From NCBI GenBank assembly GCA_907165135.1, contig OU015566.1:9114001-9178000 (forward strand): 64,000 bases of DNA, read 5' to 3'. Position 1 is the stretch's first letter. Every line of letters starts with the position of its first letter. A model generated the notes under the pieces. The model saw nothing but the letters and a program-made list of their open reading frames with translations, was not told the DNA's origin and searched no databases. Shown in pieces: positions 22,479 through 34,989 of this stretch. This DNA comes from Oikopleura dioica (lineage: Eukaryota > Animalia > Chordata). The position numbers and the translations under genes are program-made.

Positions 22479-25429
22479 AAGAACATCCTTTTCTTATATG
22501 ATTTTAAAAACGGCTGTCTTATGAATCACTCTTCTTTTCGCAATCAGCATATACAGTTTGGTCAGAAAAAATTTTCCTTATTTTTTCTTTGATGATAATC
22601 ATTTTGATCCTCTGAAAGAGTGACCCTTGTGCAGAGTTCGACGGTCGGAACACCTCTGTGATCTGGATTATTCGTACCATGAATGACTGTTCAATTTTCA
22701 AGAAAAGAAGAAAAGGTAATAATTTTCAGAGAAAAAGAGTTTTTTTGGAATTTTTTAAAAATCCCGTTCTGCCCATTCCTGAATCGCACATTTTCCTGAT
22801 CCGCACATTTTCCCGTTTTGCCCACAATGGGCGATCAAGGAAAATGGGCGATCCGGGATGTGGGCGATCCGGGAAAATGGGCAATCCAGGCGCTGCCAAA
22901 GTATGAGGCTATTTGTTTTCTAAAAAGCAAGTCATCTTCTTTCAACAGAAACTTTTCCTGCTTGAAACAAAATCCACCACGGACCCATGTCTACTCGCCA
23001 CTGCCAAAGTCTAAGGCTAAACCTAACACCGACCCTGATCTTGAGCTTGAGCCCCTTCCAAAGCTGGTTCTCCCTAATCCCACCAAGATGCAAACACTTT
23101 CAAGTTTATTGTGCAATCTGCGTCGCTTTTGATTCTTATCCCTTTCTTGAGGGCTCGACCAAAAATTGCACGACAAGCGCGATATTTTCATTTTCGGCTC
23201 AGCCCTGACCTTGAGCTAGCGTTTTTTTGCATTTTCTCATGAGCACCAAGAGCTTTGATCGCACCGCCGCGAAAATTAGTTTCAAGTGATCGTGTTCGGT
23301 AATTTTTGTTTTGGGGTAAATCGAGTTCAAGGCTAATTATTGTGGGTTATGCAAGTTTTTCTGTTAGACAAGAAAATACTTTTGTTACATAACTTTCGGA
23401 CATTTCTGGGCTGGCCTGACTCTCTTTTGAATATTTATAATTATTGATAGGTTATCTTAAACGGCAAAGCACAGATGAAAATGGTCGGTTGTATATTATC
23501 GAAATGTATTAGCATTATCAGTACCCCGCGGAGCGCTACCCCCGCGCCGTGCCCTTGAATTATCGATAATTACAGACATCGCCGCCGTAGATAATTCTCA
23601 TCGACCGCTAATTGAAAATGGGAAAAATTGTGTTCTTGGAGATTCTACCAACGGCAAATACAATACAGACTGTATTTACCGTTCAATATTGAACTTGGAC
23701 AAATCACCAACAGAATTTGAGTATTTATCGCATAACAAAATAGGCGAAACTAATTATGTTTTATATACAAGCACTAAAGACTGTATAATTGACTGATGTA
23801 CAGATATTTATTTTTGTTATTTTGAGCCTTTTGCAAATTAAAAATATATGCTCATGGGAATATATTTCTTCATTATCAATAGTTTTCAGGTGTTCGCGAA
23901 TTTTGTGGAGCTCAAGTTCGCGAGTCCTCAGCTGGTACCGAGGGCTAGATAACCGCATGTTTTCTTCGCCCGATTTCGTATTTTGAATGCGAGCTGAATT
24001 TGGGATTAAAGTTTTGGCCTTGAACCTCCCATGTCGTCGTCAATCAACCGCACCGGGACACGAGTTGTTAGGTAAGTAACCAGCTCATCCGCCGAGCTAG
24101 GGTACTACTAGACAAGCCCCACTAGATCATCTGCGGCGCCAGAGTGGCGGCCGCTCGTCGGATCGACTCCAACGCCGGGTCACGTGCGCAGCCCTAGGCC
24201 AGCTCGTTGCGCAATTTGCCTGATTGAGGCCCTAACCCCGGCATTGATCTTGCCGGGCCTTGAAAAAGCCACTTTGTGCACTCGATTCTGAGCCTTTTCG
24301 GAAACTAAGAATCGAGGATTGCTTTCTAACAAAAGACAATAAATAACGTTGAAATTGCTCACCAAATCTTAACATCTATTAATCCATCTTCTACGTATTT
24401 TCGTCTGTATTTTCATATCGTAATCATTATCGAAGATCTGGGCAAACAGCGATCAAGAATGAAAATGTTAAAAATCTCCATACTTTCCTGTCGTGAATTT
24501 TGCTTATTTACCCGTGGAAATGTCTTATTTGTCTTCCCTTCTCCTGCCCCGTCAGGAGACACAATCCCTTTCCACCACAAAAAATCCCCTTCAAAGCCTC
24601 AAAACGTTTTCAAAAGGAAATCCAACACTGACCATTGAATCTTTGCGTTCTTGCCTTTTAAGAGTGTCAAGCCAGCCATTATCCCCATGACCTTGAGCTG
24701 CCCTTTCAGTTTGACTGCCTTTGATCGTTTGCTCGTAACTTTGGCTTTCGCTTTTCAATAACTATAAAATATAAACTTAATCTGGGCTGTTGTTGGATCT
24801 GAGCCAGTAAGGGTCCAGAATAACAAATCGTAAGAAATTCAAAGCAAGAAGTGATCATGAGTCAAGTGAAAAATATCCGGGCGATTATGAAATCACCGAA
24901 ATCGGATCAACATCGATTCTTTGTTGAAAATAGGCTCGGCTCAAGGTCAATTAGCCACAGCGGAAACGAAAGCCGAGGAAGATGTTACGCTTCTTTGAGC
25001 AATCAGCTTCAAAATCTCACTCATTCCTTTTATAAATATGTTCGATAAGGTACTCAAAAAGCCTTGAACTTCAAGCCAGCATTACTTTGAGCCCGCCTTG
25101 AAGCGCTAACCCTAAAAGTCTAAAGCAAAAATTGGAGTTTATTCAAAGATCGGCCAAAATAGAAGCTACTTTCTCACGTGATCTAAATTGAATGTTGATG
25201 TTGATACATGAGAGATGTCTGGCTCTTAATTTATCGCTACTGATCGTCGCTAATTTCAACTTGGGAGAAGAAATTCGTCCGCGCTCGTCAAGTCCAGCGG
25301 CTGATCTCCCTTTTTTCTATTCATATTTGTCTAGTAGAGCCGGTCAAGGTCACGGGCGTGGCGGTACAGTCGTCCGCGGGACAGTCTACCAGCCACGATA
25401 TTTGTCGCTGTTGGTCACGTGCGCTGGCC

Positions 25430-26782
25430 TTGGCACTGCGCCAGCGCGCCGCCTCGTCTTGGACTTGGGCGGCCTGTATTGAGCTTGGCAGTGAGCCAGC
25501 GTGAGCCATTTTTTCTATTTCTCTTAGCCACGACCTCCAGCGAGCTTGAAGCAAGGAAAGAAAGAGAACTTGAACCATCGCCAGAAATTGATTTTAATAT
25601 TTTTGTAAGCAGCAGCAAGTCCACTGGTTGGAAGGCAACCAATTTGGCAACCGGTCAAAACCGACCAAGCACCACCAGAGAAAAGCACCAACGAACAGAG
25701 ATTCACTTCAGGAATCAAGGGCAACCCTGCCCGCTCCACCAAATACAGTCATGATGATGGTAAGCCATGCTTTTATTTTTTATAATTTGAGTCTCGAGCA
25801 ATAGGCCCAACGCTCTGTTTTTCAAATTTATCGATATGGATAGGATAGACATGAAATATATTTTTGAAAAGTAAATCGACTTTTTGAGCACTGTTTATGA
25901 AAGCTTCTTTTTATAGATTTTTCTTTTATTATCAAATTTCGTATCTAACCAAAAACTAACGACTTAAGCTTTAAAATAAGGAAATTTTTATTAAAATAAA
26001 GTTTGTGGAAGTCTCAGTCCTTGTCTGACCCTAGTCTAAACTTTCTTATTCTTATAAACCGCTAACAACTCCTACTCATTTCTTCCACTAAATTGGCGTT
26101 TCCGTGTTCGGTTTCTTTTTAGACCCCGAATCTGGGCTCCAAATCATTTGAGCTAATTCGCCTGATAATTAAAATTTCGCCGACCTTGGCCTTGTCGGAT
26201 TAGCGAGGTTGTTTCTTACGCCACGAAGGAGCGGCTCAAGGCCGGGCCCCAAATTATTGAAGCGCCAATTTCGAAGCGTTCCGCTTGGGCGCGCACGGTC
26301 AAGATCAAAATTTATCCGGCAAGATGCGTTTCGTAATCGCACAAGCTCGAGCACCGGGATAATCACCGGTTCTCCAGCCGGTTGCATAAGCGCCCTTGAA
26401 AAAAACAAGGGTCGGGCCAATTAGCATTCACGAGCAAGGGAATCAATATTCGAGCATTGTTCAAGGCCAAGGTCGATTTTTAAAACGCCTCGTCAAATTT
26501 TAATTACAGCGATGGCTGCTTTTATGGCGATCGCGAAAAAAATCATATTGTCAAAATACCGGATATTTTATTTGTCTTTTAATTGCCCTAAATACACATT
26601 TAAAAAGCTAAGATTCAGTTTTTATCAAGAAAAATCCTCGAGAAAAGAGCTTAATGCTCATAAAGAATTTAGATTGACCCTCAAGCGTGATATTTGTTTC
26701 AAAACTCATCGAGGCTAATAAAAATTAGTTATGACGTTAAAACGCGAAATTTAAATTTCACCTTGTGTTGGCACTTGGCCAA
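25430..26782. promoter_or_regulatory. Cluster of NFI consensus sites (TTGGC-N5-GCCAA) upstream of the NFI gene
   Basis: Perfect site at 26768-26782; one-mismatch sites at 25430-25444, 25485-25499 and 25644-25658. Confidence 0.5.
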
Positions 26783-27664
26783 CATTTGTCTTGTCGAGTG
26801 GGGGCGCCCGTGCACCTGAATGAGTGAGCACGTGACCTCTTTTTCTATTTACAGGGCCATGTTCAAGTTAATTGATTTACTAATTGCTTCTAATTAATTA
26901 GTTTTCATCGTAATTTATGAGGAAAATTATGATAAAAAGTAAAAATAATAAAGTATATTTAGGCTTGCATCAAAGATACTGTTGGATCTTTTTTTTTTGG
27001 CTAAAATTTATGTAAAACTAGAAAATGGTCTTCATAAAGTCAAGAAATTCTAGCTCGCTGTGGATCAGGGCCAAGCTCTGAGCCGCGTTGGCATCAGGCG
27101 GGGGCGCTTGAGCCAATTGCGATGTGAAGCTCCCGTTCTGAGCCGCCCGCAAGATCTAAACCAACTCAGAATAGGGCAGCGAGCCAATTTTTACGTGAAC
27201 AAGCAACTTGTTTCATAAGACAAACGAAACACAAAACATAAATAGAAATTACGAAACGTAAGAGAACCTATTCAGCCGAGAAAAAAATACTCAAACGATC
27301 ATCAAAAGATTAAATAAATTAATAAATGAGAAAACTGTTGAAAAAATTTTTTCTAATAAAAATTCTTTTAATTATGTTTTCAAAATAGAAATCAATCGTA
27401 AATTATGCCCACGTTTGAGAAAATATCTCCTCGTTGATTTCAATCGTAACGTAATAAAAGTCAAAATTTCTAACAATTTCTTTCAGGAAGATTTGGAGGG
27501 AAACTCCAACGAATTATTCGATCGGTTTTTATCACGTTCCGGGCCTCCCACAGCAGCACATCACCTGACCTTAGCCAGTGTCCATGCATTACAGGTAAAA
27601 TCCTTCTCTTTTTTCCTTATTTCATAATCGATCCAAGCCGAACGACGAAATTGAACTTAACCTA

Positions 27665-27826
27665 ATGGAAACGTACCCTAACGGGCAAGAAGCATCGTTT
27701 ATCGCAACTCAGTCCCGAAAAATCTCTCAAAACTCGAGCAACGGTTCTGTCCAGTATCCTTCCTTGATGAAAGAAAACCGCCCTGGATCGAGATCGCCGT
27801 CGGAGCAAAATGGCGACCAAGAATGG
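27665..27826 (+). CDS. Candidate alternative first coding exon of NFI
   Basis: ATG-initiated ORF ending at a phase-0 GTAAGT donor, compatible with the phase-0 DEFHPF exon at 30591. Confidence 0.4.
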
Positions 27827-27891
27827 GTAAGTCGATATTCCGCCTAAAAAGAGGGTTGAAAAGAAACGTGATGGGAGAAAATAAAAGATAT

Positions 27892-27964
27892 TACCCTACC
27901 CGGGACTCGAACCCGGAACCTCTGGATTAGAAGTCCAGCGCGCTATCCATTGCGCCAGCAAGGC
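27892..27964 (-). tRNA. tRNA-Arg(UCU), intronless
   Basis: 73-nt cloverleaf: D stem GCGC/GCGC, anticodon arm CTGGA-CTTCTAA-TCCAG, T arm CCGGG-TTCGAGT-CCCGG, followed by TTTT. Confidence 0.93.
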
Positions 27965-30301
27965 ATGGAAGGCACCCTGCAGAGTACGGGATTAGTATCT
28001 TGGTCACTGTAGAATGGGCCCCTGAATGCAATGAAAAAGAGAACTTTTTTTGAGAAAAGAAAAGAATACCAGTTTGAAAAGTGCAGCCAAGTTCGAAGCC
28101 AGAAACTGGGGGTAACTGGCTTTGAGGTGATCCACCGTGACTTGACAATCTGATGTGTCGATTTGACCATGACGGTGGTGCTTGGTGGTGGTGCAGCGGC
28201 GTTACCAACCAGCGCGCGCCCGTCTTGGCGGAGCCACGATGACATTGGAGGGACTGAGGATTCCGCACCATAAATTTAAATGTCACGCCGGATTAGGCTA
28301 TCTTCAAGTTTAGCTGCCCGGAGTTACTCTCAGCCAGCAGGCGCCAGTGGGAGAAAGGCCACCGCCCGATTAGCTCAGGCACCGTGCGGTTACTGTCATT
28401 TTCAATTTAGCATTGACGTTGTTCCTCCAAATGATAAAGTTGAACCTGGACATGAACAGGCGATTAGCGGTTTGATCCAGATTGTCATTACTCTGAATCA
28501 AGACCGTTTTAATCGATTCGAAAAACCGATCCCAAAGCAGTCGAAAAGTTGCACTAGAATCGCTAGAAACTCAAAATATGAATGAAGATTTCATTGTAAA
28601 TTCGAGAAAGCCGCTGGCGGCTTCCGACTTCCTTTTTATATTTAAATTTACTTGAAAGCCGCAAGCGGCTTTTTTCGAAGCTTTTGCGTTTTTCTTCTCT
28701 AAGTAAAAACTCGTAAATTTTGCGTTACGAAAATTGTACGGCGCTGTACGCCAATTTACGGCGCTGTTCGATACGCGGCTCTCCGATTGGGTAAAGAGTA
28801 AAATCGCGAACAAAACGACCGGGAGTTTTCATAAAACAAGCTTTTTCTGGCATTGGAAGGTGGGAAAGTCGTTGTTTTGTCATCTGAAATTCGTCTTCCA
28901 TGCCATGTTTCGTCGTTATCATCAGCTGATAGCCTCGCCCATTTGGTGATGATTATTTTTCCTTGTTCGAACATTTTTTGAGCATGCAATATGGATGGCA
29001 TTTGCAGCTTTTATTCCGGTACCATCCGGTTTTCCTTCTGAGGCATAAAGGAATATGTTTTCGGGTTGTCTTATCACTCCTTGGGTGGATATAAGCAGCC
29101 AAAATCATGTGTCAGATTATCCGACTTGAGCAATTATGATTTTAGCCTTTTTGGCTTTTTGATGAGATGTTTTCGCCAAACATAAAATAATCTCAATAAA
29201 ATGTCATTAATAATTTTCAGAGCCAAAAAGAGACTATGAGATATTTCTAAAATTTCCATTTGAGGGTTGAAGCGAGTTCATTTTTCCGAAAAAAAGTGTG
29301 AGTGGAACTTCGCAACTGATGCCATTGGCGTTGGTCCGCTGGCTCGTTGTAGCTCCCTCTCGCTCCCTCGCCGCACGTCTTGCGTTTTTTCGAATCTGAG
29401 GCGACTCTGATCTCTTCTGAGCTTGGTGGCACTACCAAGTGGCAAGCCGTTTGCTGGCCCATGCCAACGGCCTAGTTCAACGCCCAAGATCTCGAATAAC
29501 ACTGAACAGGGCCAGCGGAGAGCCTCACCTCCAATAGCAACAATAGAAACAGCTATACAGTTCTAACTCAAGCAACAAACAAATTCATAAAAACAAACCT
29601 CATCCACCAAGAGACACTGCGCGAAGAGAAGCTTCTAGAGGCCCCAAATTGAACCTTTTTCCGTTTCAGATTGTTCGCGACCGCGGTGCCAATCACGTGC
29701 GGTCATCATCGAAATCGAGAGTGCTAGAAACTAATTCGATATCTAAAGAAATGCATCATAATTTATAAAATGAAATGGACCTTTATATGCCCGGCTGGAG
29801 AGACTGGGAATGGACTTTAGGCACGAGGGGTTGACTTTCTTACTGTTAGATTAAAAGAGGTAGTTATCCAAAACTGAATTTGTCTTCAAAATTTTTCATA
29901 TATTTCAAAGTGAATAAATTTTTTGTATAAAGAAAATTTAAGATCGAACTACTCAAAAAATTCTAGCAGTATTTGAACCTTGAGAAACATGAAAATCACT
30001 TTTTCGGAGCATGATTCTAGCCTTTATAAATTCGATTCGATTCCCTGGATATTTTTTCTTTAGGGAACATAAAATACCATCTGCAGTCTCTAAGACTTCC
30101 ATTCCAATTTAAACGTGCCCGTTTCGCGTATCGATCTTAGGTGCACGTAGCGCCCGGCGCTTTTACCGATGTTCCTTTGGCAGACCTCCTTTCTGGCTCA
30201 GTCTCGAAGACCAAAGTGTCCTCACTTCTTTTCGATCAATTCCAGACGAAGTTTATTTTTTGTTGAAAAAAGTCGACCCCTTTCGCGATAGCCATCAGCA
30301 A

Positions 30302-33238
30302 ATGAAAAACCCGTTTATGGACTCGGGAATCGCCGCCCATCACGGTTTTCCGCATCATGTCTCATCTCGTCTTCTAGCGCAAAATCCACACGTTGATGCT
30401 GGCTTCATCAATGGGGCTTTTGGGTCGGGTTTTTTGCACAGCGGTGCGAGTGCATTTACGGCTCATGCACCCTCTGGACCAAGATACGGGGTTCACAAAA
30501 GACCGTTTTTTCCATCACGTTTTTTTTCATTACTTTATTCAAAAAGTTGTATACCCTAAATGAACTCCTGCTTCATTCTGTTCCCTTCAGGACGAGTTCC
30601 ATCCATTTATCGAAGCCCTGCTGCCCCACGTGAAGTCCTTCGCCTATGTTTGGTTCAATCTCCAAGCTCGCAAGCGCAAGTACCTCAAAAAGCACGAGAA
30701 AAGAATGCCACCAGAAGAAGAGCGCGCGCAGAAAGAAGAACTTCTCAACGAAAAAGCCGAGGTCAAACAAAAATGGGCTTCGCGTCTTTTGGCGAAGCTG
30801 CGAAAAGACATCAGACCGGAGTACAGAGAAGACTTTGTTCTGACGATTACGGGGAGAAAGCCTGTTTGCTGTATTCTTTCAAATCCAGATCAAAAAGGCA
30901 AAATCAGAAGAATCGACTGTTTGAGACAAGCCGATAAGGTAAGAAAGAACCATCTTTTTGAAGCGCTTCAAGTTCAAAAAGTTGAAACCCTTAGTGCGCA
31001 TTTGAGGCGGCTTAGCCATCGCTTGAACGTCATTTTCAACTTGAAACAACAAACAGGATCTACTTGTAAAGTAGTCCAAAGTTGAGGCGATGGGTCTTTT
31101 TCTATATTTTGGCAGCGAGATTCCCGGCTCGCCGGATAATCATACGTGATAGCTGCTCGCCGCGAGTATGACGATCTAAAAACAATGATCTGAGCTGCAT
31201 AATTCAGCACCAAGTGCATCACTCCGCGGACCGAGCAAAATTGATTCTCCGAAGAACGCTATTAATTACTAAAAACCATGTTCATCTTCAACGCCACTCA
31301 TTTTTGCACACGTACGCTTTCATCTTTTTTGGCGGGGAGTCGGTCTTTCCGAGCTCCTTTGCGTCACTATCTTATGTAACCAGTACTTGACTCTCTTTGC
31401 CTTTTAGGTTTGGCGACTTGATCTGGTGATGGTGATTCTCTTCCGAGGCATTCCACTTGAGTCAACAGACGGTGAGCGCCTTTCCAAATGCGAAACCTGC
31501 GGACAACACAGTGGCTTATGTGTCCAACCGTATCATGTCTCAATCAAAGTCCGAGAGCTAGATCTTTTCCTCGCCAACGTCGTGGGCCAGCGAGATCGAC
31601 TCTTTTCCAAAGGTAAGCGCAAATTTGAACTTGAGCGAAAGTCTAAACCCGGCGATCCTAGACGGGGAGGAAGCGGAAGAGGATCCAAAGGACTTATCTT
31701 TTGGAAATCGCAAACTGGACTTCGGTAAGAGCAAGTTTTTCCGACAACTGCTTGAGTTCTAATCCTCGCTCTTAGGTGTCATGGGTGCCGCAGATGCGTT
31801 TAAAACGCGCGGAGTTTTCGGCGTTAATGAAATCTACAGACTAACCAAAGGTACATCATTTTACATCCGATAGTGTTTCATTCTCTTTCGTTCTTTCCAC
31901 AAAAGCACTGGAAAGAAAGGAGCACAGGTGGAGATTAGCACTCATCCCTTTTTCAGTTCCAATGGTATCACCCGATATGCCTCTCATGCTCAACTCTGTC
32001 GACGCAGCGCCCTACTCTTATGCCAACAATTACGCCGCTGACCGAGTTGGACTCAATCCCGTTGTTGGCTTGCAAAATCAAGGGTCAGTCCCTACTAACG
32101 CTAGAGCCAGCGTTAAACATGATTCTAGCTCGAAACGGATGAAGCTTAGTTCGACGAGTCCCGACGAACTCAACGGTACGGAGGACTCTGCACAGACTGA
32201 TAACAACTCACATTTTAACAATTCGCGGCCAGGTAGTTCAGGTACTAACCCCTAGACTGAGCCAGCTAAAAACAACCGTGAAAATTTTCAGACTAAACAA
32301 AGTTTAAAGCGAATCCCAGTGCAGTTTAAATCGCCAGTCAAATTTCTAACTTACCCCGCAATTAACAAACAATCAAATTAATCAAATCAACAATGTCAAA
32401 AACGAACAAAAACTTAACCAGCTCGTTCAGATCAATCTCCTCTCCAGTCGCCGCGAATAACAGCAAAGACAGAAGCTCCAGACAGTACAACGATCGGAAA
32501 TGCAGCGAGACCGCCGGTTTCCGTCGCTACTTCGATGCGATTCGCAGGTTCGTTCCATTTTCGGATTATTTATTCAATATCGAGGCATCGCTAATTAAGC
32601 ATCCAGAATAAACCTAAACGATATAGACAAGAAAAAAGGAAAACGTTCGCCCGACAAACTCGGTCACGTTTTTTTCTTTTTCTCTTTCATCGTGCATGTT
32701 TCACGTGATCTTCGGGGAGTTAAGAACATGCGGTGAACAACGAGAAAAAAGGATAATCATTTTAATTTATCTGGCGAGTACGTAGACTAACATATTGAAT
32801 CGTAGCATCCCATCCATGGCCGACAGTTCTCAATCATCAAACGTTTCAAATGCAACAGAATCTCTTTCAAGCTGTGGGCAACAAGGACCTCAAGGAATTG
32901 GCGCTCTTTACCGCTCCACAACCGGACGGACAGGTAATCAACCTTTTTGTTGACCTTTCGACTGACTGTATTTCTAGCTGCTGAGCTACACTCCTGTAAC
33001 TACTGCGGGTAATCGAGGCTGGCCAATTCAAGCCGTTGTGCCTCTCCACAGCGGTAGTGGTGAGCCATTTTGAAAATAGCTAGGACTCATTGCTTCATCC
33101 ATCGCCCAATTTAACCCTCTTGCGTCTTTTTTAACCTCCATTTCAGTACCCGGCTTGAACCCGAACGAGCAGCTCGTCACCGAAGAGCGTCTCTTCCCTA
33201 CAGTCGCAGACGGCATTCGCACTGGTGCTAAAGAGTAA
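30302..33238 (+). CDS. NFI: Nuclear factor I (NFI/CTF) transcription factor; termini approximate
   Basis: Exon 30591-30938 [14 protein letters not shown]...[11 protein letters not shown] and exon 31408-31612 [25 protein letters not shown]; canonical introns. Confidence 0.95.
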
Positions 33239-34989
33239 AAATGCCCAAACTTTGAAAAAAGAAACTTTAAAAACTTAACTACGCCCAAAAAAGTATGTGT
33301 GCCCATACACTTCGTCGCATATTTCAACCCTACGAGTTTTTTACTGAACTGCTATGCCCAGCTCTAGCTTATATAGAAAAAAGTAACTGCTTTTTCTATT
33401 CTTGTGTTCTAGGTCGAAAGTATCAAGCTTTAAAAAATGATACCGCCTATCCTAAAAACGAAATCTTCAGCAAATCCGTTCGATCCCCGAAAAATACCGT
33501 TTCGTCCAAAGAAAAATCAAATTTTTGACCAACTGTATTGTCACGATAACTTTAAAACAGACAATTTCCAAAGCAACAAATTCTCAACTGAAACTTTCTT
33601 TCCCGGAATTTTTCAAACTTACAGTTCGATTCGGAATTCAAATAACCAAGACAAACGCCCAGACGCATGTTGAACCCAAAATGCCCAAAAAATAATATCA
33701 TAGTTAACTTTTTGACTTTATCGTTTCTTTTCTATTTATTCTATTAAATTATATCGACGCGCGAATGGTAACTAGACAGGGCGGCCTGTATAAAACGGTA
33801 TATTTCGCATATACTTTTCTATATACAACTTTAATTCAACTCTGTAAATAGTAAAAACAAAACAACTCCGACTAGTTCCTGCTCTTATAAGTTTTCCTTA
33901 AAATAACCAAAATTCAAAAAGCGAAAGAAAAGTAATAAGTTCGGAAAAAAATAAAAAATAACGACAATCAACAGCTACCACGTCTCCGCAAAGCTACTCA
34001 AAATATTCTATTTTCCTGTTATAATTACTGTATTACAGTTAATTGCCAAATTTCCTTAATATTGAACTTTCGCTCTTTATTGATGCTCATTGCTGCGTTC
34101 TTATTTGCTGTGCAGATTTCTTGGTGGCGCTGTTCGCCCACTCTTGAATCTGATTGGTTAATAACCGCGTTTTAGTAGAAATGCTTCAATATACCCGTGA
34201 AATAGTAAAGAAATAGTTTGTGTGCCCTTGTTGCGTAAATCGTAATCAATGTGTGCCCAAAAATCTGTCCCCTGCGACGTTGGAAGCTGCGCGTGTTAAA
34301 AATACTGAACTTGTGAAAAACTCTTAGTGATAAAAAACAACAGCCAAAGTTCATTCTGTCTAACACACTGAGCGTTAATAAAATCAAAAAAAAAATCTTT
34401 TGAAAGTATGGTTTTTCCTTTCCTGCAAGAAAATTTGAAAACAACAATAATTGGATTATTGGACGGCCAATTAGTCTTATTCTTTCATAATTATAAAGTG
34501 TATATTTAAATAATATTGTTGGTGATAAAATTTCAATGAACTGGAAGCTGAGTTAAAGGTTTTTCTTACACTAACACCACAATATACTCATTTCAAGCTG
34601 CACAGTAGTTAAGTTTTTCGTGGATCCTGATCAGAGGTCATTCAAGCACGGATTCACGCTGGAAGAAAATTAAACAGACGGGGTTGAGACCGAAGAAAGG
34701 GGAGTAAAAGAAATGTTGATAAATTGTTGAAAATTGCGAATAGGGGAGAACAAGTTTGAAGAATTTCCCACTTAGTAGATACAGTTGAGTTTTTACTTTG
34801 ATTTTTATAATTGCACGGGTAAAAAAAGTAAAAGAACAAAATGGAAGAGAGAAACAGAAAATTTTCACTAATCGTAGTTGATAGTAGTTCAGTAGTATCA
34901 AATATAAGTACATAGTAAATGAGCTCGAGAAGAAAATTAAAAGGTTTTATTCGGCAAGGAGAGACATTCAATTGTGCGAATTTATATTT

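Larger units (their letters stand above)
21312..22897. mobile_element. Non-autonomous MULE/foldback (1586 bp including nested inserts)
   Basis: Termini GGCAGCGCC/GGCGCTGCC; ~90-bp near-perfect TIRs of GATCGCCCA units plus longer degenerate arms; 9-bp TSD AAAGTATGA at 21303-21311 and 22898-22906. Confidence 0.92.
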
